From: the human T2T-CHM13v2.0 reference genome, Homo sapiens
Assembly: GCF_009914755.1 (NCBI RefSeq)
Contig: NC_060926.1
Length of the DNA stretch: 64,000 bases
Strand: one strand, 5' to 3'
The notes beneath the pieces were generated by a model. That model had not been told where the DNA came from and searched no databases. It was given only the letters and a program-made list of their open reading frames with translations. Below are positions 13,690-25,768 of this stretch, piece by piece (positions within the stretch are counted from its first letter, which is position 1; each line of letters starts with the position of its first letter). The translations under genes were made by a program, and so were the position numbers.

Positions 13690-14320
13690 GTGGCTTTACC
13701 ACGTCCTATTTGTATAACGGGATAATTATTTAATTTCTTTATCCTAGTTGTAAAATGGGAATAAACATATATGTAGCTCTTAGGGTTGTTTTGAGGGTTT
13801 AATTGGTTAATATGTATAAAGAAGTTTAGGGCAGTGGATATAGTATCCTATTATTGTATATTCATTATTATTTGTATTGAATAGTTTGATGATCTGCTTC
13901 TAGGCCTAATTACCTGATCACACCATATTTCAAACAAATATTAAGTAAAGATTATAAGTTAATTCATCATTATAGTGCACACGGAACAATCGATATACTT
14001 TGTGTGGGAGCCTTCATACATCTGTCCTCAGCCCAGTTTACCTGCAGCTATGACAGTATCCTGGTGCCAACGTTCTATGGAAAGGGTGGCCAGTTGCATA
14101 GTGGTCATGTTCCATGGACTGAGATAACCTGGCTAAATTCAAGATCTCCTATTTAATGGCTTTTTATTATAAGATAAATATTTACTCTAAGGCTTAGATA
14201 CTTTTTCTATTAAGAAGATCAAATTCCTGCTTATCTCAATGGATTCTGATTGTGGAAATTCGATATGTATTTAACACAATACTGTGGCACATGGTAATTG
14301 CTCAATTTGCTTTATTATAT
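13690..14320 (+). mobile_element. Two MIR fragments (~13690-13870, ~14095-14320)
   Basis: 'tgtaaaatgggaataa...tagggttgttttgagggtttaattggttaatatgtataaag' and 'tggcacatggtaattgctcaat'. Confidence 0.55.
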
Positions 14321-14369
14321 TTTTAAATCTCAGGTCAGACTCTAAGAGAGTTCAGACTGGAGATCCTTT

Positions 14370-14690
14370 ATCCATTCATTTATTTATTTAATGCATGTTT
14401 ATTGATATCCCTATTTCAATGCTCATATATCACAAGGAAGAAACTCAATATTGGAGATTCAGCAAGGAACAAGAGAGTCAAGCTTCTTCTCTTAGCACCT
14501 GTTTCACATCAAGGGGAGGGAGGAATAGATTTTGAAAAACCAGATAATGGTAGTTGCTATGCAGAAAATTTAAATGAAATAATATGATAGCGATGTCTAA
14601 GAATCTACCTTAAATTGGAAAGTAAATAATGCCCTCTCTGAGGCGGTGACACTAAAGTTAAAGTGTGAATGACAAAAGGCCACATAAAGT
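14370..14690 (-). mobile_element. L2 fragment
   Basis: Antisense L2 3' end 'cattcatttatttatttaatgcatgtttattga' followed by purine-rich L2 body. Confidence 0.55.
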
Positions 14691-14949
14691 TCCTTTTGTA
14701 TTCTCACAGCCACCGATTTATTTCATCGGTAGCGCTTCCATTCTCTATTTGCATGTTGTTTAAACATAGAAAGGAGTTTGAAAAATATAATCTCTATTTA
14801 GAATGGAGGCCTGAGTAATCTCCTTAAACTAACATAATCATCTTGATTGTAACTTTGATATTCCAAGGACAATACAAAGGCCAGCTTTAAAAGAAAAAAT
14901 AGGAAAACTCCCTGAATTTTACTCATTTATAAGACTCAATTAATAGGCC

Positions 14950-15850
14950 AACTTCTTGCCCTATCACTCTAGTATTACTAGAGACCCAAAGAAGTTCCTA
15001 GTTGCCAAGCCCAATATTCGAGCCCTAATCCTATGCAGCATTCCTTCTGCATTTTACACTGTCAATCCTTCTTTGCTTAAAGTTCTCCACCATCTTGATT
15101 TCTGTCACACCTAATGTCTCAGTCTGTTTTGCATTGCTATAAAGGAATACCTGAGGCTGGGTAATTTATCAAGGAAAAGAGGCTTATTTGGCTCACAGTT
15201 CTGCAGGCTGTACAAGAAGCATGGCACCAGCATCTGCATCTGGTAGGAAACTCAGGAAGATTCCAATTATGGCAGAAGGTGAAGGGAGAGCAGGTGTGTC
15301 ACATGGTGGAAGAAGGAGGAAGAGAGAGGAGAGGGAGGTGCTAGGCTCTTTTTAACAATCTGTTCTTTTGTGAACTAGTCAAGCGAGGCCTAACTCATTA
15401 CGGCAAAGCCATTCACAAAAGATCCTTCTCTGTAACTTAAACATCTTCCATGAGGCCCCACCTCCAACATTGGAGTTCAAATTTCAAAATGAGATTTGGA
15501 GTAGACAAATATCCAAACCATATCACCTCACTCTGTTTTCCTACCCTTCTCAATGCCTCTTTCTCTTCCTAAGTGATCTCATCAATCTTCATAGTTCTAC
15601 TCACTGTCGGTAGGCTGATAACTCCCAAATCCATAATCTCAGCCCCAGATACCTCCCTGAGTTTCAGAATCCTCTCCTCTGGATTCTCCATAGTTCCACC
15701 TGAATATCCCACAAACACAACTGCTTCTCTACACCAAGCTCAACTCCTCTTCGCCTCCCATTCCCCAGCATGCTCACCTTCCACAGTCCTCTCTCAGAGA
15801 ATGACAGTTTCATACCCGCAGTCTCACAAATTAGATTGTTCCTCTTTCTG
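14950..15850 (+). mobile_element. L2 fragment interrupted by an MST LTR
   Basis: Pyrimidine-rich L2 sequence ('gctgataactcccaaatccataatctcagcccca') continues on both sides of the MST insertion. Confidence 0.55.
15115..15525 (-). mobile_element. MST (MSTA/MSTB-like) ERVL-MaLR solo LTR
   Basis: TG...CA ends; 'attgctataaaggaatacctgaggctgggtaattta' and terminal 'atccaaaccatatca'; 5-bp TSD cctaa/cctca. Confidence 0.9.
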
Positions 15851-17950
15851 GTGCCGCGTGTGCAATGTAAACCCAAATAAACTAAATTAAGTAGACCTGG
15901 TGAGTAATAGCATTGTTACACAGTATTCAAATGTTATAGGTAAATGTGTTTCAGAGGTATGTCTGAATATGTTTACCATCGCAGATGTACAGAGTACATT
16001 AGAGGACCAGTCCAGGGCAGAAAGGTCAACAATGACTTTTCTCATTAAATATGTTGCTTCTTTTGCATTTAGTTTGACAGTAGAAAATTTCATAACAATT
16101 CTTGGTAAGCTCTGATAGTTTATAGTTATTACTCTACCTGCAGTTTTTTCTCATGGAAAACCTGTAGAATTGGGGAGGGAAACATAATTTATTTAAGCCT
16201 ATGAAGAAAGAAAAAAAAATGTGAGTACAAATATGGAAAATATAAAAGATGAAATGTGTTGGGACAATGTGTCCTGGAGAACAGATGGCTGCTGGGGGGA
16301 GGGAGGTGGTTAAATAACTGTCCTCAAAGAAAAGGAGAGTCTATAACAGGAAGTTTCTATATAAATCTTCCCAGAATGCTAAGGAAGAGAAATTTAAACT
16401 AGATGTTGAACCGACTTTATTTGTTTCTTTTCCATTTTCAGAACTCAGTGCTTTTGGATAACTGGACATTTCCTATACTGCAATTTCTTAGGTTCATTCC
16501 TCTGGGAATAAAATCAAACGTTGATAATATGCTTCTAAACAGCTTACCCCTCTTAAGATAAATAGTCCCAATGTTTGTAAAACTTATTTTCCCTATACTT
16601 CACCCATTTCACAATTCCCCATTGTCTTTACATTTTTTCCTTCTCAATTAAGAAATGAGATTGTATAATTCTCATTTTGATCTTCACCAATAAAATATCT
16701 CCTTATGTTGTCTGTATATAATCCAGAGTTGACTGATAATTGTATCAAGCCCACCACTACAGAAATATTCCAAAGGACCCAAATGTTCAACCCTGTTAAT
16801 TACAATGGAAATCTAAATCCCATCTTGGAAAGTCAGCCAGATTGACAGAAAATAATAGCTCATTAACTATCAACCAAACACATTTTAAATGTTTCAAAAT
16901 GAATTTTAAATGTTCATCATTCTGGACATGGAGGGCGGTTCTAAAGAAAGCTGGAGTAGGACCCCTCGGCAGTGTATAACATTTTCGCTATGAAGTTAAA
17001 CAATAGAAGAGACCTCCCAATGTCTTTTCATGTGTGCCTTGCTGCTACTTGTGTGAATGTGCAGTAATTAAGCAATCTAAACCACTGACTGACCCAGAGA
17101 GAAAGCTATTGCATTCTAGGGATGTCCTTGAAAGGTCTTCATCATTATCCAGCCAGTTTTCTTTATCTCCACAAGAGCTAATGTCAGCACAACTCTGTAT
17201 ATCTCTTTATTCAGAATGGTCTCTGCAAACAGAAAAGGTGGATCTGAAATGTATATGCACAAATAACCCGTGCAAAAACACAGTGGCATCCTAATGTCCT
17301 GGGGTAAATGCCTTTAGGCCAAAAATGAGGGAGCCAGAGGAGAAGAAATGAGGTGGTTAACATGAGTCTGGGTGAGAGTGAAGGAAAAGGAAAGTCAGAA
17401 GAGAGATGATTCTTTTTTAAGGTCAAAAATACAATTGACGTGAAGATGCTCTACCAAGGAGATCACACTGACCAAATTTGTGTCATGTAATGTCAATAGC
17501 CATCACAGCTGCGATAAGATTAAGAGTGCCTCTGTGATTGGTAACTTGGGTCTCTGGAGTTCCAGCACTAGAATTTTCAGGTTCCACTGCAGGAAACAGC
17601 CCTGAAATCACTTCTTGACGAAGCCCCTTTTGAAAGATGTACTTAGGGACTTTAATTAGTTTCTGAAATTTGTGACACCCTTTTGAAAGATAAAAAAACA
17701 TGACTTAACTACGAATTCAGGGAGGTGATGTGGGACAGAGTGCTGCCGATCTTGCTGGCAGCCACAAGACCCTCTTCGCTAAACAGTCAAATGTAACTGA
17801 ATTTCAACAAAGGCAGTGCCTGAAATCAGGGTGGGGAGAATGGCATTCCCCCACAGCATGGTGCACAGAGAGCAGGTTTTCTTCTTAGAAAGGGAAATGC
17901 TTTACACTGACTACCGTCATGTCTCCTCGTGTCTTTTTCTACAGATAGGA

Positions 17951-17991
17951 ACACACACACACCATACACACACACACTCACATACACACAC
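17951..17991. repeat. Imperfect (CA)n microsatellite
   Basis: Interrupted CA run seen directly. Confidence 0.85.
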
Positions 17992-18882
17992 GTGCGATTT
18001 ATTTTAATAACCTAGGAAGGCATTTCTTTCTGAAGGAAGGTGAAATGACCAAAGGAGTTCTGGGATTGTAGCCATTTTACATGTATTGATTTTTTGATCC
18101 TTATTGTCTTATTAAATTATAAATCCAATTTAGAAGAATTACGTGAAAACAGAAGTTGCTCTGCTACATGTGTTGGGTGATAAAGGTCTTTATCCTTTAG
18201 AATAGGACATAAGCAATGATAATCAGGAAAACCTGAACCATAGTTCAAGTTGAAAAACTATAAGAGGAAAAAGAAATGCAAATCTGTTTCCAATCAGGTA
18301 AAATATAGAGAAGATTCACTTTCCATAAATACGAGTAAGATTTGTTTTCACCAAAAATGAGGACTAGAGAGAAAAATTGTGCTTCAAAGCTTATCATACA
18401 TTTGTCATTAAGTCCTAGTCTTATTGTTTTCAAGCTTTTCGCCTACATTTTAGACTAACCCTGCTTATTCCTATGAATCAAGTAGCGATCTCCTGCAGCG
18501 TGGAAGAAAAAATAAGACATGGGTAATGTAAAAATCTGGATCAATATACTAGTTCTTGGCAATTATCCTGCAAATTCTGCCAGGTAATAAAAGTGAGTAG
18601 GGTGCCCATAACCCAGAGGTTTCTTTGTTTAGGAAAATAAAACCAAGGAACTTCATAGACCCCCAAATGGGAATTCTATATCTTGACAAGTAAAATTTGA
18701 GATGGAAATTATCTACTGCACCACGCTTATGGAAATTACTATACTCACTCTATTATCTGCAATAGGGTTGTACAAGGTAGCACCTTCTAACTGAAATATT
18801 AAACAGAGACTTTCCATTGCTGTCATATTTTGCTTAATTTTTATACTTATAGCAGAGCTAATAGTTACAACAAAAAGGAAGC

Positions 18883-19296
18883 ATGAAAGTTTTACTATCA
18901 CTGCGTCTGCTAGGACTTTTTATTGGGTTTAGTGATGCAATTTTAAATGAAGCACGCTGCTTTTGGATTAATACCTCTAGTAAAGTAAAGGAAAATCTAC
19001 AGATACTTAAAAATCAAATCAAAATTATTGACAAGCTCAGGGAAAATGCCAGATTCAGCCCTGAGTAGCCACAATCCCTCTTTAATAAATTCCAGTCTTC
19101 TTTATGGAATTGGTTAACCCCTTTATTAAGCCCTCTCTTGCTTATATGTCTTTCATTGATATTTGGACCCTGTATACACAATACTATAACTTGAATTGTT
19201 CCTTCTCACCTAGAAGCAGTCAAACTCCAAATGCTGCTGTCAGCTGAACCACACATGGAAACGCCATTCTTCTGAGGACCCTTAGATCGACCCTAG
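18883..19296 (+). pseudogene. Gamma-type retroviral env transmembrane (TM) subunit remnant
   Basis: One frame with three internal stops reads ...ILNEARCFWINTSSKVKENL...LWNWLTPLLSPLLLICLSLIFGPCIHN...LEAVKLQM...GPLDRP, matching the class I ERV Env TM/cytoplasmic tail. Confidence 0.85.
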
Positions 19297-19411
19297 GAGG
19301 AGTCTTAGCTGCTGTTCCCCATTTGATGCCCCCTTTCAGCAGGAAGTAGCCAGAAGGAGTCGTCACTAAAACCCCCTAACAGCAGTTAGCATGGCATCTC
19401 TACAGGGGGAA

Positions 19412-19971
19412 TGTTGTAGGAGTTATTAAGAAATTATTTTAGGTAGATGGAGAGGAAAAAGGGGTCCTTGGGAAGTTTTTGTTTTGTAAAGCATCTCCGG
19501 AAAAGTTTCTTGTAAAGACCCGGCTCTTAGAGCCAGGCCAGCAACCTTTGATATGCAAATGCCAAAATGCCTGCCATTAGAAACTGGGTCTACCCAAACA
19601 GGACGATTCCGGAGATTTTCTTGCCCTTTCCCTACATGTTCCTGGCAACGTGTCCGCCTCCATGTATCCCCACGTGTGTAGAACATCATGGTGCCCTGCA
19701 TTTGTATATTAAAAGGCTAGGGTGGGGGGACCAGCTTTTTCAAGGGCGATGTGAATGACATGCCTAGTCAAACCAGTCCTCTGAGCCCTATGCAAATTAG
19801 ACACCGCTTCCTCCAACCTTTGTATGTATACCTAGTTGGTATCTGTGGCAGGTGGGGTCTCTTCTCTCGGCTTTGGAGCCCCCCTCTCTCTGTCTCTGTA
19901 CAGGGGAGCTTCTTCCTTTTCCCTTCCTTCTTGCTCCTTCTTGCCTATTAAACTCTCCACTCCTTAAACCA
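19412..19971 (+). mobile_element. ERV1 LTR, U3-R only (LTR9-like)
   Basis: Starts TGTTGTAGG immediately after the polypurine tract; ATTAAA at 19947-19952; ends at CA about 19 nt later with no U5. Confidence 0.8.
19546..19560 (+). promoter_or_regulatory. Candidate SOX/TCF-OCT composite site CTTTGATATGCAAAT
   Basis: One mismatch from the canonical SOX2-OCT4 element CTTTGTTATGCAAAT; a second perfect octamer lies at 19790-19797. Motif match only. Confidence 0.45.
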
Positions 19972-20099
19972 CCCCCCCAAAAAAAACTAGTAAGATTTAA
20001 TTTGCATGCAATTTATTCAATCAGCCATTCACTCTACAGATAGTTTTTAAGGACATGCTTCTATTTGAGGTAGTGATGCTGGAAATCTGGAAAGGAGAC

Positions 20100-20290
20100 A
20101 GTGATGCACTGAGTGTTCCCTGCAGCCTCAATGCCACACATGTTATTTCATTTGATCCTCACAGTTTATTCATGTCTTGTTATCCTTGCTCTGTAGAAAA
20201 CTGGAGAGAAACTGAACTTACCCAAAGGTTAGGGAGCTGTGAAGTGGTCACAGCAGAATTTGAAGCTAGGTCTGTCTGATATCCAAGCAG
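20100..20290 (-). mobile_element. MIR SINE
   Basis: 'atttcatttgatcctcacag...gagaaactgaacttacccaaagg...agaatttgaagctaggtctgtctga'. Confidence 0.65.
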
Positions 20291-21249
20291 CACAATTTCT
20301 CCTTATAATTTACTGACTCATCTCCACCCAAGATGAAAGAGGGTTCCAAAGTACAGTGAATCAGACAGAAAGCATAAAAAGTTATGAACACCATTATTCT
20401 TAGAGGAAAGTCAAGCAGCCGCATGTTCATTCTAAATCTATCAATTTGACTATAGCTGTTTCCCTTAGACTCTATTAGTCTCCATATGTGAAAAGTATTT
20501 TTCCTTCTCCTGAACATATTGCTTTGCTTTATTTACTTATTTATTTCTTTAACCACTTACTTTTTAACTTAACTGCCTTATTTCCAAAGAAATTTGACAC
20601 AACAATTGTAATGTTCATGCATGTATTTATATGCATATTTGTAAGTATGTATGTTATATACGTATGTATACATCCTTTGACAATCTTATAATATTCAGTA
20701 AATGTCAAATAATTGATTCCATAAAAAATACACACAACATATCTAAACTTCTGAGATTATAAGACAAAATGAAAGTATAACCATTATCTGTATAGCCCTT
20801 GAAACTTTGGTAGAACATAGGTCATTATCATAATATTTCTGTTACAATTACTGAGAAAATAAGTCTGTTAACAAGATGATCATTTTCTTTCTTAAAGGTA
20901 TTCACTTTCCTATCAAAATCCCCAAGAAAAGAAAAAATTCAGTTGTCCTTAGAGAACACAAGCAAAATGCTTGCCACAGAAGCACAGAGGCCACAAGGTT
21001 AGAAAGCGGAGCTAATGACACAAAAGTAAAAATGTAATGTCCATACAAGGCTGTTGCTTCTCTAAGAAAAACAGATACCCCACTTACTGGTCTCAAACTG
21101 GACATATGTCTAAATTCCTGGCTTGCCTTTTATAGGTAAGAGTCATTTGCTTACGGTAAGATCAAGAAGGTTTGCTGAATGCACAAGCCTATAGGCACTA
21201 CAACAAAAATACTTCAAAGCATATAGACAACTGAAAACAGGTCAATACA

Positions 21250-21343
21250 GTGGTTTTAAAGCATTTTTAAAACTTCTTTGACACTCCTCCCATTGAAAGA
21301 TGGAGTCCAATACTCATCCTCTTGATTATGGCCAACTTCGGTG

Positions 21344-21374
<31 letters not shown>

Positions 21375-22100
21375 GAGGCAGAGTCTCCCTCTGTCGACCA
21401 GGCTGGAATGCAGGGCCACCATCTTGGCTCACTACAATCTCCGCCTCCTGGGTTCAAGTGATTCTCATGCCTCAGTCTCCTGAGTATCTGGGACTACAGG
21501 TGAGTGCCACTACATCCAGCTAATTTTTTGTATTTTTAGTGGAGATGGGGTTTCATCATGTTGGCCAGGCTGGTCTTGAACTCCTGACTTTAAGTGATCT
21601 GCCCACCTCGGCCTCCCAAAATACTGAGATTACAGGCATGAGCCACTGTGCCTGGCCCTCAGTGACTCATTTTTAATTAATGGAACTCAGCAGAAGTGAC
21701 ATGGCATGACTTCAGAGGTTAGGTTAGAAAAGGCAGCATGGCTTCTACCAGCTCTCCCTCTTGGGACCTGTGTCCCTGGAAACCAGCCATCATATTGTGC
21801 AGAAGCCCAGCAGACACGTGACAAGGCCATTTGTAGCTTTTCCAGCCACATCCATAGCCAAGGGGCCAGCTGAGACCCAGTGGCCACAGTCTGCAGCCAC
21901 TGCCAGCCACAGGAGTGAACAAGCCTCCAGTGGTGCCAGCTAGCTGCCTTTGAGCTTCCTAGCTGAATCCAACAGGAGCAGAGATAAGCTGTTGCCACCA
22001 GCCAAGCCCAGATTTTACATTTGTCAAATAGAATAACTGATATTTGTGTTGTTTTAAGCCACTGAATGTTAGGATGACTTGACACTTAGAAACAGATGAA
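21250..22100 (+). mobile_element. MLT1-family (ERVL-MaLR) LTR interrupted by an Alu
   Basis: 'ttctttgacactcctcccattgaaagatggagtc', 'cagaagtgacatggcatgacttcagaggttaggttagaaaaggc' and the 3' motif 'ttgttttaagccact'. Confidence 0.8.
21348..21657 (-). mobile_element. AluS (Sz/Sx-like) SINE
   Basis: Full dimeric Alu with a long poly-T tail; degenerate TSD ttcggtgcctc / ctcagtgactc. Confidence 0.95.
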
Positions 22101-22649
22101 GGGATCAGACGGTAGCACTAATTCCTAACACACAAAATAAATATTTGTCCATAAGAATAATCTCTTACTTGACTATAATAATATACTTTCCATTAATAAT
22201 GATGCCTCTGGGGCCTTCCATTCTGGAAGAGCAAAATTAATTCCTGTGTAGGCCTCACATGATAAAAACCCAATGGAAACAATATATTGAGTTTGCCTCT
22301 CTCCCATTGTCTATTCCCTTTAGTACAGTCATGGGCTTTCTTCAGGAACAAGGATGACCCTCTGACCTGCTACCTTAATTGGTAGATATGTGGTACACAT
22401 ATTCACAAAGGTGTGAGAGGCCTGTGATCATTACACTCACCTCAGCAGGATGCTTACTGAATTCCTGATTATGCGGTACTCTTCACATTAGATGTGTGGC
22501 CACAGTTTCTAAACTAATAATGAGCACACATGGTCTGATAGAGAGAGAAACCACATGAGATATACATTAAACCATAATTAGTTATACATTTAATAGATAT
22601 ATTTAGTAAACAGAACAAAATAACATAAGTTCAGGAGTGGCAAAATTGT

Positions 22650-23031
22650 TGTATTCATTTGTTTGGACTGCTGTAACAAAGTACTGCAACCCAGGTGATT
22701 TAAACAACAGAAACTTATTTTGTCACAGTCCTGGAGGCTATAAGTTGGAAATCAAGGTACCAGTAGGGCCGGTTTCTTCTGAGGCCTCTCTCCTTGGCTT
22801 ATAGAAGGCCATCTTCTCCCTGTGTCTTCACATGGTCTTCCTTCTATCTCACTGTGCCTTAATCTCCTCTCCTTCTGACATCAGTCATATAGGTTAGTGT
22901 CCACCCCAATGTCTTCATTTGACCTTAATTACCTCTTTAAAGACCCTGTCTCCCAAACAGTCACATTCTGAGATACTGGGGGTTGAAATTCAACATATTA
23001 ATCTGAGGGGGACCACATTCAGTCCCCAACA
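22650..23031 (-). mobile_element. MLT1A-like MaLR solo LTR
   Basis: 'ctgctgtaacaaagtact...aaacaacagaaacttattttgtcacagtcctggaggct' through 'cacattcagtccccaaca'. Confidence 0.85.
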
Positions 23032-23094
23032 ACTAGGAAAAAGAAAATGCATTGCATGACTTCCTTCTTCCTCTTCGGTTCACTACACCTCCAT

Positions 23095-23290
23095 ATTTGT
23101 AGTACATACTATTTGCCAGGCCTGTGATGAGTATTTTACACGTGATCTCATTCATACTTTGTGGAGTGGCTAGTTTTATGCCCATTTTATGGATAAGGAA
23201 CCTCAGGTTTACAGAGCTGGTTTAATTTTCCCAAAATAAGGCAGGTTGCAAATGGCCAAACCCAAGTTTGCGTGACTCCAAAGTCCGTGA
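23095..23290 (-). mobile_element. MIR SINE
   Basis: 'cccattttatggataaggaacctcaggtttacagag...gtgactccaaagtcc'. Confidence 0.65.
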
Positions 23291-23380
23291 TATCTTCATC
23301 AAGCACGTGTGCTGCACAGTGAGCTCATTCCACTCAGCAGCCCTTAGGAGCATCTCTCCTATTCACACAAGAGCATGTTT

Positions 23381-23542
<162 letters not shown>

Positions 23543-23989
23543 TTATTTTACTTTTACTCAAAATAGATATTTTTAATAGTGACATATTATATACAATAAG
23601 AAATCAACAGATGGTATTTTTAAGTGGGTGATGAAGTGGAAATAAATTAATTTTGCCATTACTCATAAGATATTGTCTAGAGAAAAAATATATATTATAA
23701 AGTTAAAATATGAATATATATACAAACGTATATATGTATTTAAACGTAACCACAAAGCAGCTGTGGTAGTATTTATACAAGAGAAATTGGCAAATGCTAT
23801 ATACATTTTTCTGAAGAGCAGGTTGTTAAACATTTACCCCCTTACCACTGCTATAAAACATTAAAATGCAAAACTTTCATTTTCTCAAAAAGAAACCCTA
23901 TGCTAACAAAATGGACTACAAAAAGAAAATTATTAAAAATAAAAACCAGAAAACATTGAATAAAATATGCTTATAAAACTAAGAAATAC

Positions 23990-24360
23990 CTACCATATAA
24001 ATAAAGATAAAATGGGTTAGTCTGTGAAACGTAGAAAGACTCATTGGGTTTCAAAGCAAAACCCAATTATAATGTATATACAAGATGCTCCCAAACCACC
24101 CACTACCCAAAAAAATGACATAGAATGCTCAAAACTATAAAGATGAGAAAAAGAATGCCAGGCAAGTGTAAAACAAAATGAAAGTTGTGATTGTAATCTT
24201 AAAACTGGGCAAAGCATTACCAGAAACTGGTAACAGTGGCTGTCCCTATGAAAGGGATAGTAGTGGGATAAATTACCAATGATTAATGATTCTGCATTTC
24301 ATTTGGAACAATTTTAATATTTCAGTATCACATGTGTTTATCACTTATTTCAAATAAAAA
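23990..24360 (+). mobile_element. Old L1 (L1M) fragments
   Basis: 'aaaacccaattataatgtatatacaaga...agatgagaaaaagaatgccaggcaa' resembles the L1 ORF2 endonuclease N-terminus. Confidence 0.5.
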
Positions 24361-24397
24361 GAATAACCTATTCTTTAGAAAGCAACGTGCCTCGTAA

Positions 24398-24573
24398 GCC
24401 AATGGGTCTCAGACGTTTCCATGCATCAGATATGGCTGGAGAGCTTGTTAAAATGCAGATCACCGGGCTCCATTCATAAGCAGTACTTATTCAGTAGGCC
24501 TGGGATTAAGCCCAGGGATCTGCGTTTCTTATAAAATCCACAGAAGATTCTCAGTCCAACTTGAGAACCCATG
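24398..24573. mobile_element. MER5 (hAT-Charlie) DNA transposon
   Basis: 'catcagatatggctggagagcttgttaaaatgcagat...attcagtaggcctggg...ttgagaacc'. Confidence 0.8.
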
Positions 24574-25594
24574 ACATAGTCATACTCATGGACAAGAGGG
24601 ATTCCCAGGCAGCTGAATCCATGGAGTACCTTCCCGATTTGAAAGTGGAGGGCTAAGCGCTAAGAGGCAATTAGCAACTGTGATGTATCCAAGGAAGAGT
24701 AGCGTGTCCTCAATCACATGAAAGGGAGTTCCCTTTTATCCGGAGATATCCACAAGGCCTGTGTAAATCAAGATATGAACGTTCAGATAATGGCATGCTC
24801 ACACCGTCGCCTCTGAATTTCCTTCACCTTCCTTCCTGTACTGGTAACTCCTCCTTGGGGTTTTTCTCCACAGCTTTTCAGAGCCCCAGGCTTCAAACTT
24901 GCTACCATTGCTCCCTGAAGTCTGCCTGATTGATATTCCATTGTCCAATCCTTGCCTTAGTGAATATGACCAACTAATGAATAGCAACAACAATGACTTA
25001 CACTTCCAAAAATCTTTACTGTTTATAAAGTTTTCTCTCATATCTTGTTTCACTTGAGAGTTCCTTCAAATGGAATGTCACATAATTTTTTGGATTGAAA
25101 GTCATTTAATTAGAAATGGCTGATGCAATCATAAATGCCTAATGATAAACAATGATCAACGTTGAAATTTTAAAACATGACACAATTTTGCAAGGAAAGA
25201 TGCTGGGATAAAACGAACTTTTCCAGGACCCCTCAATTCCACACATGGCTGCTTAAATGACCGATGGGTGCTAGATTTTCAGCAATTAGATGCTTTGTAG
25301 GTATCTTGGGTTAAAATGCAGTGAAATAATCTGTATTTATTGAAAAAGATTTGTTCTAATTTGTATTTGTGTCAAATGCCTTCCTGCTATATGAATATCC
25401 ACTTCAAATCTTCCAGTTCCTGGGGTGGCTAAGGAAGCCTGCAATGCTGACCTATGGTGGGTATTAATGGACAACACCTGCAATACATTCTACACGTGGA
25501 CTATTTGAAGGGATTGTCAGCTCTTTAAGCAGAGCACTGGTGGCTTCTTGCCCAGCACTTGGGACAGGGCCTGACATACAGTAAATGCTAAGGT

Positions 25595-25768
25595 CCTGGT
25601 TAGCAGCATTGGATGCACATTGAAGTCACCTGGGAAGTTTGTAAAAACAGGAATGCCAGGGTCCCTTCAGAGATTCTGATTAATCAGTCTAGGATGTGGC
25701 CTGGCATAAGGATTCTTAATAGCACATCTGATGCGTCTATTGTATCATGAACTTTGAGAACTGCTCTG
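25595..25768. mobile_element. MER5 (hAT-Charlie) DNA transposon
   Basis: 'tcacctgggaagtttgtaaaaa...cagagattctgattaatcagtctaggatgtggcctgg...tttgagaactgct'. Confidence 0.8.

Larger units (their letters stand above)
18344..19985 (+). mobile_element. 5'-truncated, polyadenylated ERV1 copy (HUERS-P3/LTR9-like) with processed-retrocopy structure
   Basis: Internal sequence with env remnant, polypurine tract (agggggaa, 19404-19411), U3-R LTR, C7A8 tail remnant, and flanking TSD ac(g/t)agtaagattt at 18331-18343 and 19986-19998. Family name is from memory. Confidence 0.8.

Noticed and set aside
21687-22085. 132-aa ORF on the minus strand
   Set aside because: Lies wholly within an MLT1 LTR; chance frame.
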